NCBI RefSeq assembly: GCF_018977255.1
Contig: NW_024704743.1
Location: 12,650,001 to 12,714,000 of the forward strand
Length of the DNA: 64,000 nt
Direction: 5' to 3'
Origin: Callorhinchus milii
Lineage: Eukaryota
The position numbers were made by a program, and so were the translations under genes. Shown in pieces: positions 63,921 to 64,000 of the stretch. How positions within the stretch are numbered: position 1 is the first letter of the stretch; each line of letters opens with the position of its first letter. The notes below the pieces were generated by a model. The model was not told the origin of the DNA. It was given only the letters and a program-made list of their open reading frames with translations, and did no database searches.

Positions 63921-64000
63921 AGTCCAACCCCACTCTCCTGCTCACTCCCCAAAATCCTTTCATATTTCTCTTTTTTAATCATTTAATTCCTATTAAAATT

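Noticed and set aside
50427..64000. Upstream PHACTR1 exon (expected RVRSKSDTPYL-like segment) or gene promoter
   Set aside because: Not found by eye; it probably lies beyond the right edge of the window.

Overview
This is eukaryotic, repeat-rich vertebrate DNA, not prokaryotic. The repeat complement (CR1 and L2 LINEs, Deu-domain SINEs resembling shark SINEs, a Penelope-type tail) suggests a cartilaginous fish, which is an inference. The whole window lies inside PHACTR1 (phosphatase and actin regulator 1) on the minus strand. Five coding exons can be read directly: 50262-50426, 22066-22146 (N-terminal RPEL motif, non-canonical GC donor), 17153-17314, 12382-12561 and 1-138 (cut by the window edge). 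They splice in frame to [92 protein letters not shown]...[47 protein letters not shown]. The introns hold two long decayed CR1 LINEs, many L2 3' fragments, and tRNA-derived SINE lineages that share the L2 3' tail, several of them nested. They also hold a Helitron 5' remnant, a decayed 28S rRNA fragment, a Penelope-type fragment with a hammerhead-ribozyme core, a Tigger-like MITE, two large simple-sequence arrays and two promoter-like motif clusters. No new multi-gene system is evident. The most interesting leads are at the RNA or regulatory level and need testing. Repeat boundaries are approximate and family names come from recalled consensus motifs, not database searches.
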